From Eledone cirrhosa (taxonomy: Eukaryota), in the NCBI GenBank assembly GCA_964016885.1, contig OZ024742.1:295492001-295556000 (forward strand): a stretch of DNA of 64,000 nucleotides. The letters run 5' to 3'. The notes beneath the pieces are model-generated. The model did no database searches. It was not told the DNA's origin and saw only the letters and a program-made list of their open reading frames with translations. Numbering within the stretch: the stretch's first letter is position 1; the number at the start of each line of letters is the position of its first letter. A program made the translations under genes and the position numbers. Positions 13,132 to 24,617 of this stretch are shown piece by piece.

Positions 13132-14654
13132 AAGGAGAAATTATATAGATCAGAAAAGAAGAACTTAATTTAATCAGATGTTGTTCATCATCATGTTGAA
13201 TCTGTTTTTCATGCTGGCATGGGTTTGACAAGTCTTCAAGGTTCAGGTCACTTCATATTTGAAATTAATACCCCCCTAGAAAAGTTAGAGGACCATGTCT
13301 TGTTCGTACATTCCCATTTTTGACAGCTGGCCTAGTGGTAAGGGTGTTGGAATTATGATCATAATGTTGTGGGTTTGTTTCCTAGGCTGGGTTGCATGTT
13401 AAGTTCTTGAGCAAAAGAATGAGTACCAGCAATAGCTGGGGATTTAACCCTGCGATGGACTGACAAAATTGGGATAAGCACTGGTCTAATGATGAGCCTT
13501 CTGGCTTAAGACAGACTTAGACTTTTAACACCAGGGTGTCCTCTCAACCGCAACCACTTTACAAAGTGTATAAAGCATATTTCATCATGGTCTCAGCACC
13601 AGAGAAGTTGTTATGTCCTTGGTAGGACAAAAAGGTTCATTTAACTCTACTTTGTCTCCACTTATTTCCCAACCACTTTACAAAGCTGGGGAAAGAGATC
13701 AAGATACCATCAATAGATCACAATATTTGAATGGCTAATATTTTCTTTAACGCTGAAACAGACCCTGGTTCTATAATGCTAAGCTGTATATTTTAAAGTA
13801 AAAACATTTCATCATAAATTATATGTAAGAACTTTTGTTAAGTTATGCTTCAAACACCAACATAATAATGAGAAAGATATATTGCTTGATTATTTTCGAA
13901 AGATTTTGAAAATTATATGTAGTGTCTTTTATTAGAAATATGATAAGCAAAAGATTAATATAAATTCATTTTTCAAAGCTTTATATTATAACATAAAGAA
14001 CGATATTTTATCTTCATTAGAGGTGAATTATATAGACAGGTATTGCAATTATTTGTTACGCATCAAAATCTCAGCTTAAAGAGCATTTGTTCTCAGCAGA
14101 AGTTAAAGTTTACAAAGAATTATTACTGAAAGATAAATATGCTACTCAAAACATTTTTTCAAAATCTGTGTTGGAATTGTATTTGTCTGATGTGTGTGCC
14201 AGCAAATGTCATCCAATATGAGTAAAGGTACATACTTGCAGTTTGTCCAGTAATATATTTAGATATGCTAAGTTTAAGATTGAAAATCTCTCAGTAGTCT
14301 ATGTGGTTTTCCATTATACAACAAATATGTAGTGTTTCCTATAGATGGTTCTGTCACTTTTTCCATGATATTCTGTGTGCATCACCATCATCATCATTGT
14401 TTAACGTCCATTTTTCATGCTAGCATGGGAAAGACGGGTTGACCCTTTGGGGGAGAATCAGATCAGAGGACCATATATTGCACTCACCCAGGTCTGATTT
14501 TGGCTTGGTTTCTACAGCTGGATGCCAACCACATTTACAGTGCGTGTATGAATGTATTATTTAAGTTTATCATAAAAAAAACTGTATTAAATGTATTGTA
14601 GCTGAGTAATTGCATTTTGTGTGATAGGTCTTGGTTGGTTTGAGTTTGTTGTAT

Positions 14655-16020
14655 TCATCATCATCATCGTCATTTTATATCCATTTTCCATGATTGCATA
14701 GGTTGGATGGCTCTTTTCCAACACAGCATCCCTCCACTCATTTTGGTTATTTGTCATCTCAATTGTGAGCTTTAGTGACTTGAAATCAGCTGTCACAACC
14801 TCTGCCCAGGTCTTCCTTTGTCTTCCTCCACTGCAGCTTCCTTCCATTGGAATTTTTTGCCATTTCTTTTCCCAATGATAATCATCCATATTTATCACAT
14901 GTCTATACCAGCATAGTCTTCTCTCCAGCACATTACATGTGATTCATCTTATACTCAGCTTTTCCATGCTTTGTCATTCATGCATATTAACATTGCACAT
15001 CCAATGAAGCATATTACCTTCATTTCTCTCCAGCCTTCACATACCCTCTGTATTTATTGTCTATGTGTCACTACCACTCAACAACACACATTGCACATGG
15101 GCTTCATACAGTCGAAATTTCATTCATAGAGAGAAACCTCTTGTTGTTAACAGAGGTAGTATTTCTATGAACTTTTCCATTATTTTACTGATGCTTTTAC
15201 TCCCAACTATCCCTATGCATCTGCTACATACAAAGTCTACATTTTAAGTTAGTCTCTCTGCTATCTGACTACACCAAGATTTACATTGTGTACATTGTAT
15301 AGAGTTTCTACTCACTTCCTTCCTACATATCAAGCAAGGCCATTTCCCTGATGAGATCAGGGTCCTGTTCTCTTGCCTACTTACTAAAACTTTACTTTTT
15401 CCCAAGTTTCCCTTTTGATTCTAAGTTCTGTTTCCAAAGTTTGATTAATTTCTTCTTTAGCTCTTCCACAGATTCAGCTATAAGAACCAAGTCATCAGTA
15501 TACTGATGTTCTCATGGAAAGCTTGTCTTAAACTCCTTTATTATGGCCTGGAGAACCATAATTAACAGTTATGACTTGAAGATTGAATTCCTTACTAAAC
15601 TCATTGCCTACTCTTACTTTAATGACAGTTCCTTTATACATAGCTTGCATGGCTTTCACAGGCATTCTGCTTTATTTAGTTTTCTTAAGGACCAGCAGAT
15701 AACAGATCATGGTACTCTGTCAAAGGCCTTCTCTAAATCAACAAAAGCTAGATATAATTGTTTCTACTTTAGGCGCAAGGCCAGCAATTACCCAGTGCAT
15801 TACTGGTACTTTATTTTATCGACCCCGTAAGGATGAAAGGCAAAGTCAACCTCGGCGGGATTTGAACTCAGATCGTAAAGGGACGTAACTATGCTGGAAA
15901 GCATGGCGTCCGGCCATCTACCGATACTGCCAATCCACCGCCCTCCAAAAGCTAGATATAATGGCTTATAATTAGCTAAAAACTTCTCTTGTGTTTGTCT
16001 CACTAACAAGAGAGCACCTC
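14655..16020 (-). mobile_element. Old decayed RTE LINE fragment interrupted by a SINE
   Basis: ORF 14587-14931 (RRLCWYRHV, RKTWAEVV); upstream remnants of the GKWPC and FVDLEKAFDRVP motifs with many stops. Confidence 0.8.
15759..15945 (-). mobile_element. Intact tRNA-derived SINE (family 1) with 17-bp target-site duplication
   Basis: A-box tggcagtatcgg and B-box gagttcaaatcc on the minus strand; TSD caaaagctagatataat at 15742-15758 and 15946-15962. Confidence 0.9.
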
Positions 16021-16540
16021 AACCTATAAACACAATCTCTTACACATTTACACATTAAAACATTTGAATTGGGTTTAACTTTATTGCTCTTTGTAAGTCC
16101 TGATGTTATGCAGATATTATATGTATTATGTATTGTGTAAATAATTGCTAATTAGCTGTTTAAGATTAACTTATTGTTTATATATGTATGTACCTTTGTC
16201 ACCTGTATAGAAACGTATGTAGAAATCAAAGAATGGATTTAATTTGTGAACCTTGGTTTTTCTTCATTTTAAATATTAATGCTTTGCTACCAGTACTGTC
16301 CTCAACAACAAGAACTTTAACATTCGAAGAATGTTTTGTCCATTTTAAATTTTATAAGTGCTGAGGACATTTAGCGTGCATTGAGCTTCTCTATACTTAC
16401 CAAAAGTAATAGTTAAACACCCCATTATAATGACATCTATCAGACCTGGCTTGTCTCACAATGGGGCAACTTGTCTAACTCGTACTAGCATGTAAAATGG
16501 ACGTTAAATGGTGGTGATGATTATGATGATGATTATATAT

Positions 16541-17447
16541 CATCATCATCATCATCATCATTTTACGTCCGCTTTTCCCTGCTTGCAAGAGTGGGGCGGG
16601 TCTTATTCAGCACAGCATCTCTCCACTCGTCACGGTCCCTCGTCATCTCCGCCGTGAGCTTCAATGATCTGAGGTCTGTTCTCACCACCTCCGCCCATGT
16701 TTTTCGTGGTCTACCTCCACCATGTCTTCCTTCAACTGGCATTTCCTGGCACTTCTTCACCCATCGGTCATCCTCCATGCGCATCACATGTCCATACCAC
16801 CTCAGTCTCCTCTCCCGTACACTACATTTTATCCCTCTCAGACACAGTTTCTCTCTCAACACATTTATGCTGGGTCGTTCACGCACATTTACACTGCACA
16901 TCCAACGGAGCATGCTTGCCTCATTTCTCTCCAGCCGTCGCATATCCTCTGCGGTTGCTGCCCATGTCTCACTACCATGCAGCATCGCGCTCCTCACACA
17001 GGCATTATACAACCGGCCTTTCGTACGCAGGGAGAAACCCTTCTTCGTCAACAGAGGAAGCAGCTCCCTAAACTTCTTCCAACCCGTCCTTATTCTAGAT
17101 ACTATGGCCTCGGAACACCCTCCTCCCATGCTAATCTGATCTCCTAGGTACCGGAAGCTATCCACCACTTCTATAGCGCCCTCTCGCATTTGAAAAATGT
17201 GTCTATCAGTGCGACTTCTACTGTCTAATTTCCCTGTACATCTACTGCATACATATTTCTCCCTACCTGTTAGTTTGCCTGCTATCCCGCTACATCTCTT
17301 GTGTACCCAGGACCTGCATTGTGTGCATTTTATAGAATTTATGCCAGTTCCTTTTCTGCATATCGAACATGGCCATTTCCCTGACGGAATCAGGGTTTTG
17401 TCCTCTTTTCTACTCATCAACACTTTTGTCTTAGCTAGATTTACTCT
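16541..17447 (-). mobile_element. RTE LINE family C, 5'-truncated, uninterrupted ORF
   Basis: ORF 16563-17468: [39 protein letters not shown]; the ORF runs directly into the (GAT)n tail with no 3' UTR. Confidence 0.95.
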
Positions 17448-17665
17448 AACATATATATATATATACATATATATATGTTAGTGGTATCTCTCTTTCTCTC
17501 TCTATATATAAGTGAAGTAGAGGATCAACCCAGGGAGTTTTGACTAGTTATATACTATTCTAGACTGGTACTTTGCATACATATTTGAAGTCAGAGTGAA
17601 GAGAGCAAGAACAAATACCCAAATGCATTTTATTCTACGCTCTATGAATGCTGCCAATTCCTTAC

Positions 17666-17701
17666 CTTCTACTATATAAGCAAGTGCCTTGATGTATCTG
17701 G
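17666..17701 (-). CDS. Candidate 36-nt micro-exon
   Basis: Minus strand: attattttcag|ccagatac..agtagaag|gtaagg; strong splice sites, frame-preserving (RYIKALAYIVE or QIHQGTCLYSR). Confidence 0.3.
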
Positions 17702-19591
17702 CTGAAAATAATTGTCACTTCTACAGAACAGTTGAGTTGAATCTGACTCCACACATACATGCATAGACTCTTAACTCTTGATACAGTCATAGAGATGCCA
17801 TTATGATATTTAAACATGGTAGAGCCCACCCCTTTTCCAGAGAGAGAGAGAGATAGAAATAGTGATAAAGAAAGAAAGATGGAAAGGGAGAGAGAGTGAG
17901 AAAGAAAGAAAGAGAGAAAAAACAAACGAGAAACAGAAAGTTAGAAATAGATATAAAGGTGCTAGGTAGGTTCTTTATTTATTGACCTCAAAAGGCTGTC
18001 ATGCGAGATTTAAACTTGGAGTGCAGAGAGCCAGAACGAATACTGCAAATGATTCTTTCCTATGTTCTAATTCACTGCCTGATACACATAGATGCACCAT
18101 CAGTTTATATGCAAATATCCAAATTTTGAAAAAAAGCCATCTTATCCATACTAGCATGGAGACGAATTTATAATATTGTTTTCTTAAATTTTATCTACTT
18201 TCATATTCATGTTTTTTCAATATGCAGCACTTTCTTCTAAACTTTCTCAATCCACTTATGAATTTTATTTAAATTCCAATTCAGCATTTTCTTTTCTTTT
18301 TTTAATGTACAAAAATCACTTGCAAGTCAAAATATCGCTCAACTTAATTGATCATCTCAGTATATGTAGAATATAATTTCTGAGTTTGTTGAAGTTAAAG
18401 TTTCATTTATTCTGAATTATTGACAGAATATTCATTAAGTTTTGATAAGGTTTTCCAAACATTATTAGAGCATGTGACCAAATAGTTTAGGGTGTTTAAC
18501 TCACAATCAAATGGACTTGGGTTCGATTCCTGGACTGGGAGATGTATTGTGTTCTTGAGTAAAATGCTTTATTTCATGTTACTCCTTCTACCAGGAGTTG
18601 TGACAAGCAGATAGTATCATCAATGGAAAGACCAATGGAAACATTCTTTTGTTTAGTTCGATCTGACAATCAGCTCCTTTTTAACTAAACAAGCTCCTAG
18701 TTTACTGAGAAAACATACTCTTCTCCTTCCACTTTCTCCTACTACTATTATTATTATTACAATTATTATTACTATAATAAACAATCTGCCTTTTAAAAAA
18801 TTATCAATCAATTATTCTATTGTGAAATGAAATGCAACTAAATTTGATTACTTTTATTTTATATTTAGATAAAATTGTTCATAATATTCCTTATATGACT
18901 TTGAGAACCAGAAAACATATTTATTTTTGTTTAAACACCTTTTTCCGTTTGAAATTTATTTTGTATTACTAATTTCCTGTTAGAACTATAGACAATAAAA
19001 ACAAAAAAAACGTCTATTGATTTTCTATAATCTTATTGATCATTATTTGCCTGAGTGTTTCTAAAGCATCTCCTAACATGAACATATCTATTGATTTACA
19101 CGCTGGACGTGCTCATATCTCACTCACATGCATGTCTATTTAATGTCATGATTGTGGTGAAATAGGACTTCAGATATGATTTGAAAATATAGTGATGCCA
19201 CAATGCAAGTCCTCCTCCTCCTTTGCCTCTTCCTCCCCCTCCCTTTCCTTCCAATCCTCTTCCCTTTCCTCCTCCTTCTTTGCCTTCTCTTCCTCTCCCC
19301 CATTTACATCTGTTATTTCCATACTTGCAGGAATTGGATGGGCCTTTTTCAGCACAACCTCCCTCCACTTGTCGCAGTTAATAACTAGAGAAAATCCGAT
19401 AAAGTACTCTGGTAAAAAAAAAAAAAAAAAAGGACAGAGATACCTGTGAAGAAACAAACCACAAATGCTTCTACCTTCAGAATACATCAATTCTAACAGT
19501 TCTATCACGCACACCACAGTACAATACTATTTAGTAGTCTGTTTTTCCTGCTGGCATATATTCATATTCTTTTTACTCTAATCTTATATTT

Positions 19592-19930
19592 GTGAAGGTG
19601 CGTGGCTTAGTGGTTAGAGTGTTGGGCTTGCAATGGTGAGGTTATGAGTTTGATTCTTGGATCAGGTGATGCATTGTCCTTGAGCAAGATACTTTATTTC
19701 ACATTGTTCTAGTTCATTCAGCTGTGGAAATGAGTTGCGACATCACTGGTGCCAAGCTGTATTAGCCATTGCCTTTCCCTTGGACAACATTGGTGGCGTG
19801 GAGAGGGGTGACTGATATGCATGGGCGAGGCAACTGCTGGTCTTCCACAAACCAAACTTGCCCAGACTTGTGCCTCAGTGGAAAACTTTCTAGGCACAAA
19901 ACCATGGTCATTAGTAACCAATGGGGGCCT
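19592..19930 (+). mobile_element. tRNA-derived SINE (family 2)
   Basis: A-box gtggcttagtggt, B-box gagtttgattc, core ccttgagcaagatactttatttcac..cagctgtggaaatgagtt. Confidence 0.8.
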
Positions 19931-20895
19931 TAAAAGAATGCTTATATTTATGTCTTCTTTTTTATTTATTCAGTCTTATGTATATGATATATATATATAT
20001 ATATCTTTTCATTCTGGTTATAATTACATTTATATTCATTCATATTCAATTATATTCATATCTATTCTTATATTCTTGTCTCTTGGAAATGAAATTTGGT
20101 AACATAAGAAAATAAGTATTTTTTTCTTGGGTTTCTCATGCTTATCCATCCTCCCTCTACAGCTCACAAAAACATGATGATGTAGGATAGAACAAAGGAG
20201 AGACACCAAATAACAAATTAGTCACTGAGGAGGTCACAGAATGTGTGACAAAACAGCTTTGACAATAAAAAAATAAACAACCATTCAGTTTTAAAACTAA
20301 CCAACTGGAAGTTTATAATAAATTGAAGTGAAAACCAACAGGTGCATTTGTTTTTATTGGCAGTGTGACTCCCCCAAAGAATAACAATATATATAAAACT
20401 TAGCAGTAAATATTGCCTCAAAATTGGTGCTATGAACATTGGCTTAAAATGCTTGCTATTGGTAGTTGTGTGTCTATTCTATGTTTGTATAAAGAGCTAC
20501 ATTAAATTGTTAACTTAAACACTATTTGATAAATATAAATTGTTAAAATATGTACCTGACTAAATTAAGGTACTTAGGTCAATGTAATAAGCTAAAATTT
20601 TTAAAGGAGGTACTTCAGTTAGGCCACAGTCCAGCTGTAAGAAATTTAATTCATCTCCATTACTATCCACAACAAACAAGGAACAATGCAGTGGGATAGA
20701 ACTGGAAACCAAGAGAGAAAGAGAGATTAAGAGAATCAACTTTTGTACTGGAAGGCTACTTAATTTATTGATCTCAAAAGAATCAGGAGAATTTGAACTA
20801 AAAATGCAGCGAACCATAACAACTTCTGCAATACATTCTATATGTACATGTGTAATAGTATGTAGAAATTGTATATATATATATATATATATAGC

Positions 20896-21018
20896 AACCA
20901 GTAAGACCCCGACGGCTGAGCTCAAGCCGTTTCGACGGCTAATTCTGGACTAAAATGCATTTAGTCCAAAATTAGCCGTCGAAACGGCTTGAGCTCAGCC
21001 GTCGGGGTCTTACTGGTT
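20896..21018. repeat. Near-perfect 123-bp palindrome containing the 3' half of a hammerhead ribozyme
   Basis: Arms of about 60 bp (one mismatch, one extra base) centred on TGCA 20956-20959; each strand reads GAAA-cggct-tgagctc-agccg-TC. Confidence 0.9.
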
Positions 21019-21296
21019 CCTATTACCCACTCTACTACCCTAAGTATTGAGTACTTTGGTGCGTTATGGTCCACCTGGTCCCTTACCACATTTCCTTCGT
21101 TATATATATATTTATATATATATATATAACTTCATCATCGTTTTTACATCCATTTTTCAGTGAGTGCATGAGTTGGACGGGTACTTCTCTGCACTTCTCT
21201 CCACTTGCTGCGTTCCTCCGTCATCTCCTCTCCCAGTTTTAGCAATTTGAGGTCAGCTCGCATATATATACACATATATAAGTATATATGTATATA

Positions 21297-21864
21297 TGAG
21301 CATAAGAGGAATCAAATGCTGTGTGCAGGAGAGGCGGTTGCGCTGGTATGGACATGTGATGCGTATGAAGGATGACAGCTGCATAAAAAGGTGCAGAGCA
21401 CTAGAAGTTGATGGAAACCGCGGAGTGGGGAGACCCAAGATGACCTGGGATGAGGTGATAAAAGCCGACCTTACCCAATTACACCTCTCAAAGACAATGA
21501 CACACGACCGTGACTTCTGGCGTCACGCAGTAATACAGAGTACCCGACCTCCCATGGGTACAAGCTGAAGCATATAGACAATATGCCCCCACACCCCCCA
21601 CCGCAAGGTGGTCGTGGAGGTGCCACGGCAAAAAAGCACCCAGCCCACACTGTAAAGTGGACGTGTAGGCGCCACGAAAAAGCACCCAGCACTCACTATA
21701 AATGAGGTTGGTGTTAGGAAGGGCATCCAGCTGTAGAAATCAAGCCAGATCAGTTCCTGTATGAGCAAGGCATGGTCAGCCGACCAGACACTGCCCACAA
21801 CAGGACAACCCGTCTAACCCATGCTAGCATGGAAGAACGGACGTAAAACTGTGATGATGATGAT
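21297..21864 (+). mobile_element. RTE LINE family B, 3' fragment
   Basis: Near-identical to 38623-39180; (GAT)n tail; inside a TA tract. Confidence 0.93.
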
Positions 21865-21886
21865 ACACAAATATAAGTATATATAC

Positions 21887-21945
<59 letters not shown>

Positions 21946-21971
21946 TATGTATATATATACATATATAAGTA

Positions 21972-22003
<32 letters not shown>

Positions 22004-22074
22004 AGTATGTATATATATTTCGTTTCTGAATTTGTTTAGCAAGATTCTTTATCTGAAATCGTGTGTTGAAACCG

Positions 22075-22173
22075 ATATTGTTATACTTTGGGAGGGTCAT
22101 GTTGCCAATAAGAAACACACGCTGGTGCGTGTGTTTCTTATTGGCAACATGACCCTCCCAAAGTATAACAATA

Positions 22174-22174
<1 letters not shown>
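22075..22174. repeat. Perfect 48-bp stem, 4-nt loop hairpin
   Basis: 22075-22122 is the exact reverse complement of 22127-22174; loop TGGT. Confidence 0.95.
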
Positions 22175-22205
<31 letters not shown>

Positions 22206-22292
22206 AGTATATATATACATATATATATATGTATATATATATGTATATATATACTTATATATATATGTATATATATATATATACATATTGTT

Positions 22293-22415
22293 ATACTATT
22301 GTACGTCTGTACACATATATGCATGTACGTATACATACTTATATTTAGGTATCAGCCGTACTAAGAGTGAAAAATGAAATTTTGTTTCATTCTTTTCCAT
22401 TTATATATATATACT

Positions 22416-22479
<64 letters not shown>

Positions 22480-22602
22480 AGTATATATATATAAATGGAA
22501 AAGAATGAAACAAAATTTCATTTTTCACTCTTAGTACGGCTGATACCTAAATATAAGTATGTATACGTACATGCATATATGTGTACAGACGTACAGTAGT
22601 AT
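22293..22602. repeat. Inverted repeat, ~115-bp arms around a TA microsatellite spacer
   Basis: ..gtacgtctgtacac..tatcagccgtactaagagtgaaaaatgaaattttgtttcattcttttccattta is mirrored at 22491-22602. Confidence 0.9.
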
Positions 22603-22891
22603 GTATATATATACATACATGCACACATATATATATGTACGTATGGGTTTACCGAACATTTATTATAATGTTCGGTTTGTTTGTAAACAAACAGCCCGAA
22701 TTACGCTGTACAGTGCTCGGCAACCATCATCGCCACTGTACGACGTAATTCGGGCTGTTTGTTTACAAACAAACCAAACATTATAATAAATGTTCGGTAA
22801 CCCCATACATACATATATATATGTGTGCATCTATGTATATATATACATACTACTGTATGTCTGTACACATATATGTATGTACGTATACATA

Positions 22892-22897
<6 letters not shown>
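22551..22897. repeat. Fold-back (MITE-like) element, ~155-bp arms with nested palindromes
   Basis: tatggg(t/g)ttaccgaacatttattataatgttcggtttgtttgtaaacaaacagcccgaattacg is mirrored at 22744-22807; arms extend outward through the tatac-rich flanks. Confidence 0.88.
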
Positions 22898-22951
<54 letters not shown>

Positions 22952-22954
22952 TGG

Positions 22955-23003
22955 GATTCTACAGGACTAGAACTGTTTCATTCTTTAGAAATCATCAGGA
23001 ATC
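22955..23003 (-). ncRNA. Type I hammerhead ribozyme motif (insert about 22949-23235)
   Basis: Minus strand: gattc CTGATGA t-ttc-taaa-gaa-t GAAA cag-ttctagtc-ctg TA gaatc; GUA cleavage triplet; second copy at 43069. Confidence 0.8.
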
Positions 23004-23232
23004 TGGGTATCAAAAAATAAATATGGTATTTATAGGCCTCTTCAGGTGGTAGGACAGCGTAGGGGTTGGGATGGGTAGAGGTCATTGGTGGATAGAAAAG
23101 GGAATTCATTAAAAGCTAATTCTTTAAAGCTATAATTTATATTTAGAGTAACATATTAAAACTTTTATACTCTGCTATGTACTGAGTACCTTACTTACTG
23201 TGGTTACCTCCAATTCAACGCGGAATAACGTA

Positions 23233-23293
<61 letters not shown>

Positions 23294-23360
23294 GTATATA
23301 TATATATATATATATACTTATATATATATATATAAGTATATATATATATATATATATACA

Positions 23361-23798
23361 TAATAACTAGAGATTGATTAACATATAAATATACATGAAT
23401 AATCACACAAGATAATTACCTTTAAGAGTGATTAACCTTTCCTTGTATATATCCCATTAAAGAAATATATTTCACCAATTAATCAGATGGTAAGTCACGG
23501 AAAGTGGATATTATTGGATTGTCAACAAGGAAAGTGTAATAATTTCCAGCTATTCGTCCTTACAGAGTGAGTTCAAATCTTCAACTAGCCGTCACGACGT
23601 GTTGCGTCCACACAAGATAGCGGTTTCGTTTCAGTGGCGTGAATAGGTATTCGACAACTTGGGATATATACAAGGAAAGGTTAATCACTCTTAAAGGTAA
23701 ATATTACCTATACTAGCTATGCGTGGTTACACGCGAGCAAAAATTATCTCCTGTGATTATTCATGTATATTTATATATTAATCAATCTCTAGTTATTA
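23361..23798. mobile_element. MITE-like element with ~95-bp imperfect terminal inverted repeats
   Basis: taataactagagattgatta..ttacctttaagagtgattaacctttccttgtatatatccc (23361-23454) is mirrored at 23661-23798 with a ~40-nt insertion. Confidence 0.75.
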
Positions 23799-23926
23799 TA
23801 ATATGCTCGGATTTATCTTTGAGCTTAAATTCCCAGGATATATGGCGCATGCATTATGACATGACACCCATGATTTCGATTTAGATTAAATTCATTTAAT
23901 TCATTTTATCTTTATTTTGGATTTAG

Positions 23927-23961
<35 letters not shown>

Positions 23962-23963
23962 AG

Positions 23964-23995
<32 letters not shown>

Positions 23996-24022
23996 AGTAT
24001 ATATATATGTATATATACATAC

Positions 24023-24054
<32 letters not shown>

Positions 24055-24224
24055 CAACTAGAAATTGATTGACATATATATATATATATCTAAAATAAAC
24101 ACAGGAAACAATCACAGGCGATAATTTGTAAAGTGTGTAAGCACACACAGCTAGGTAGGTAACTAATTAAAGTTTAACTAGGCTCATGTCTCTTGGACAT
24201 GACACCCTTAATTTAATTTTGGAT

Positions 24225-24258
<34 letters not shown>

Positions 24259-24440
24259 ATATAAGTATATATATATATATACATACATATATATATATAT
24301 ATACGTATATATGTATATATACATACATATATATATATACGTATATATGTATATATACATACATATATATATATATATATGTATATATATATTAATATAT
24401 ATATATACATACATATATATATATAAGTATATATATATTT

Positions 24441-24472
<32 letters not shown>

Positions 24473-24617
24473 ATATATATTAATATATATATAATCATAC
24501 ATATATATATTTAAGTATATATATATATTAATATATATACATATATATAAGCATATATATGTCAATATATATATAGATATATATATAAGTATATATATAT
24601 TAATATATATATATATA

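Noticed and set aside
14237-14338. Possible minus-strand exon with gtatgt donor
   Set aside because: All frames from the best acceptor contain stops.
15860-15945. tRNA genes at SINE heads
   Set aside because: A and B boxes are present but there is no complete cloverleaf, and they are fused to SINE cores.
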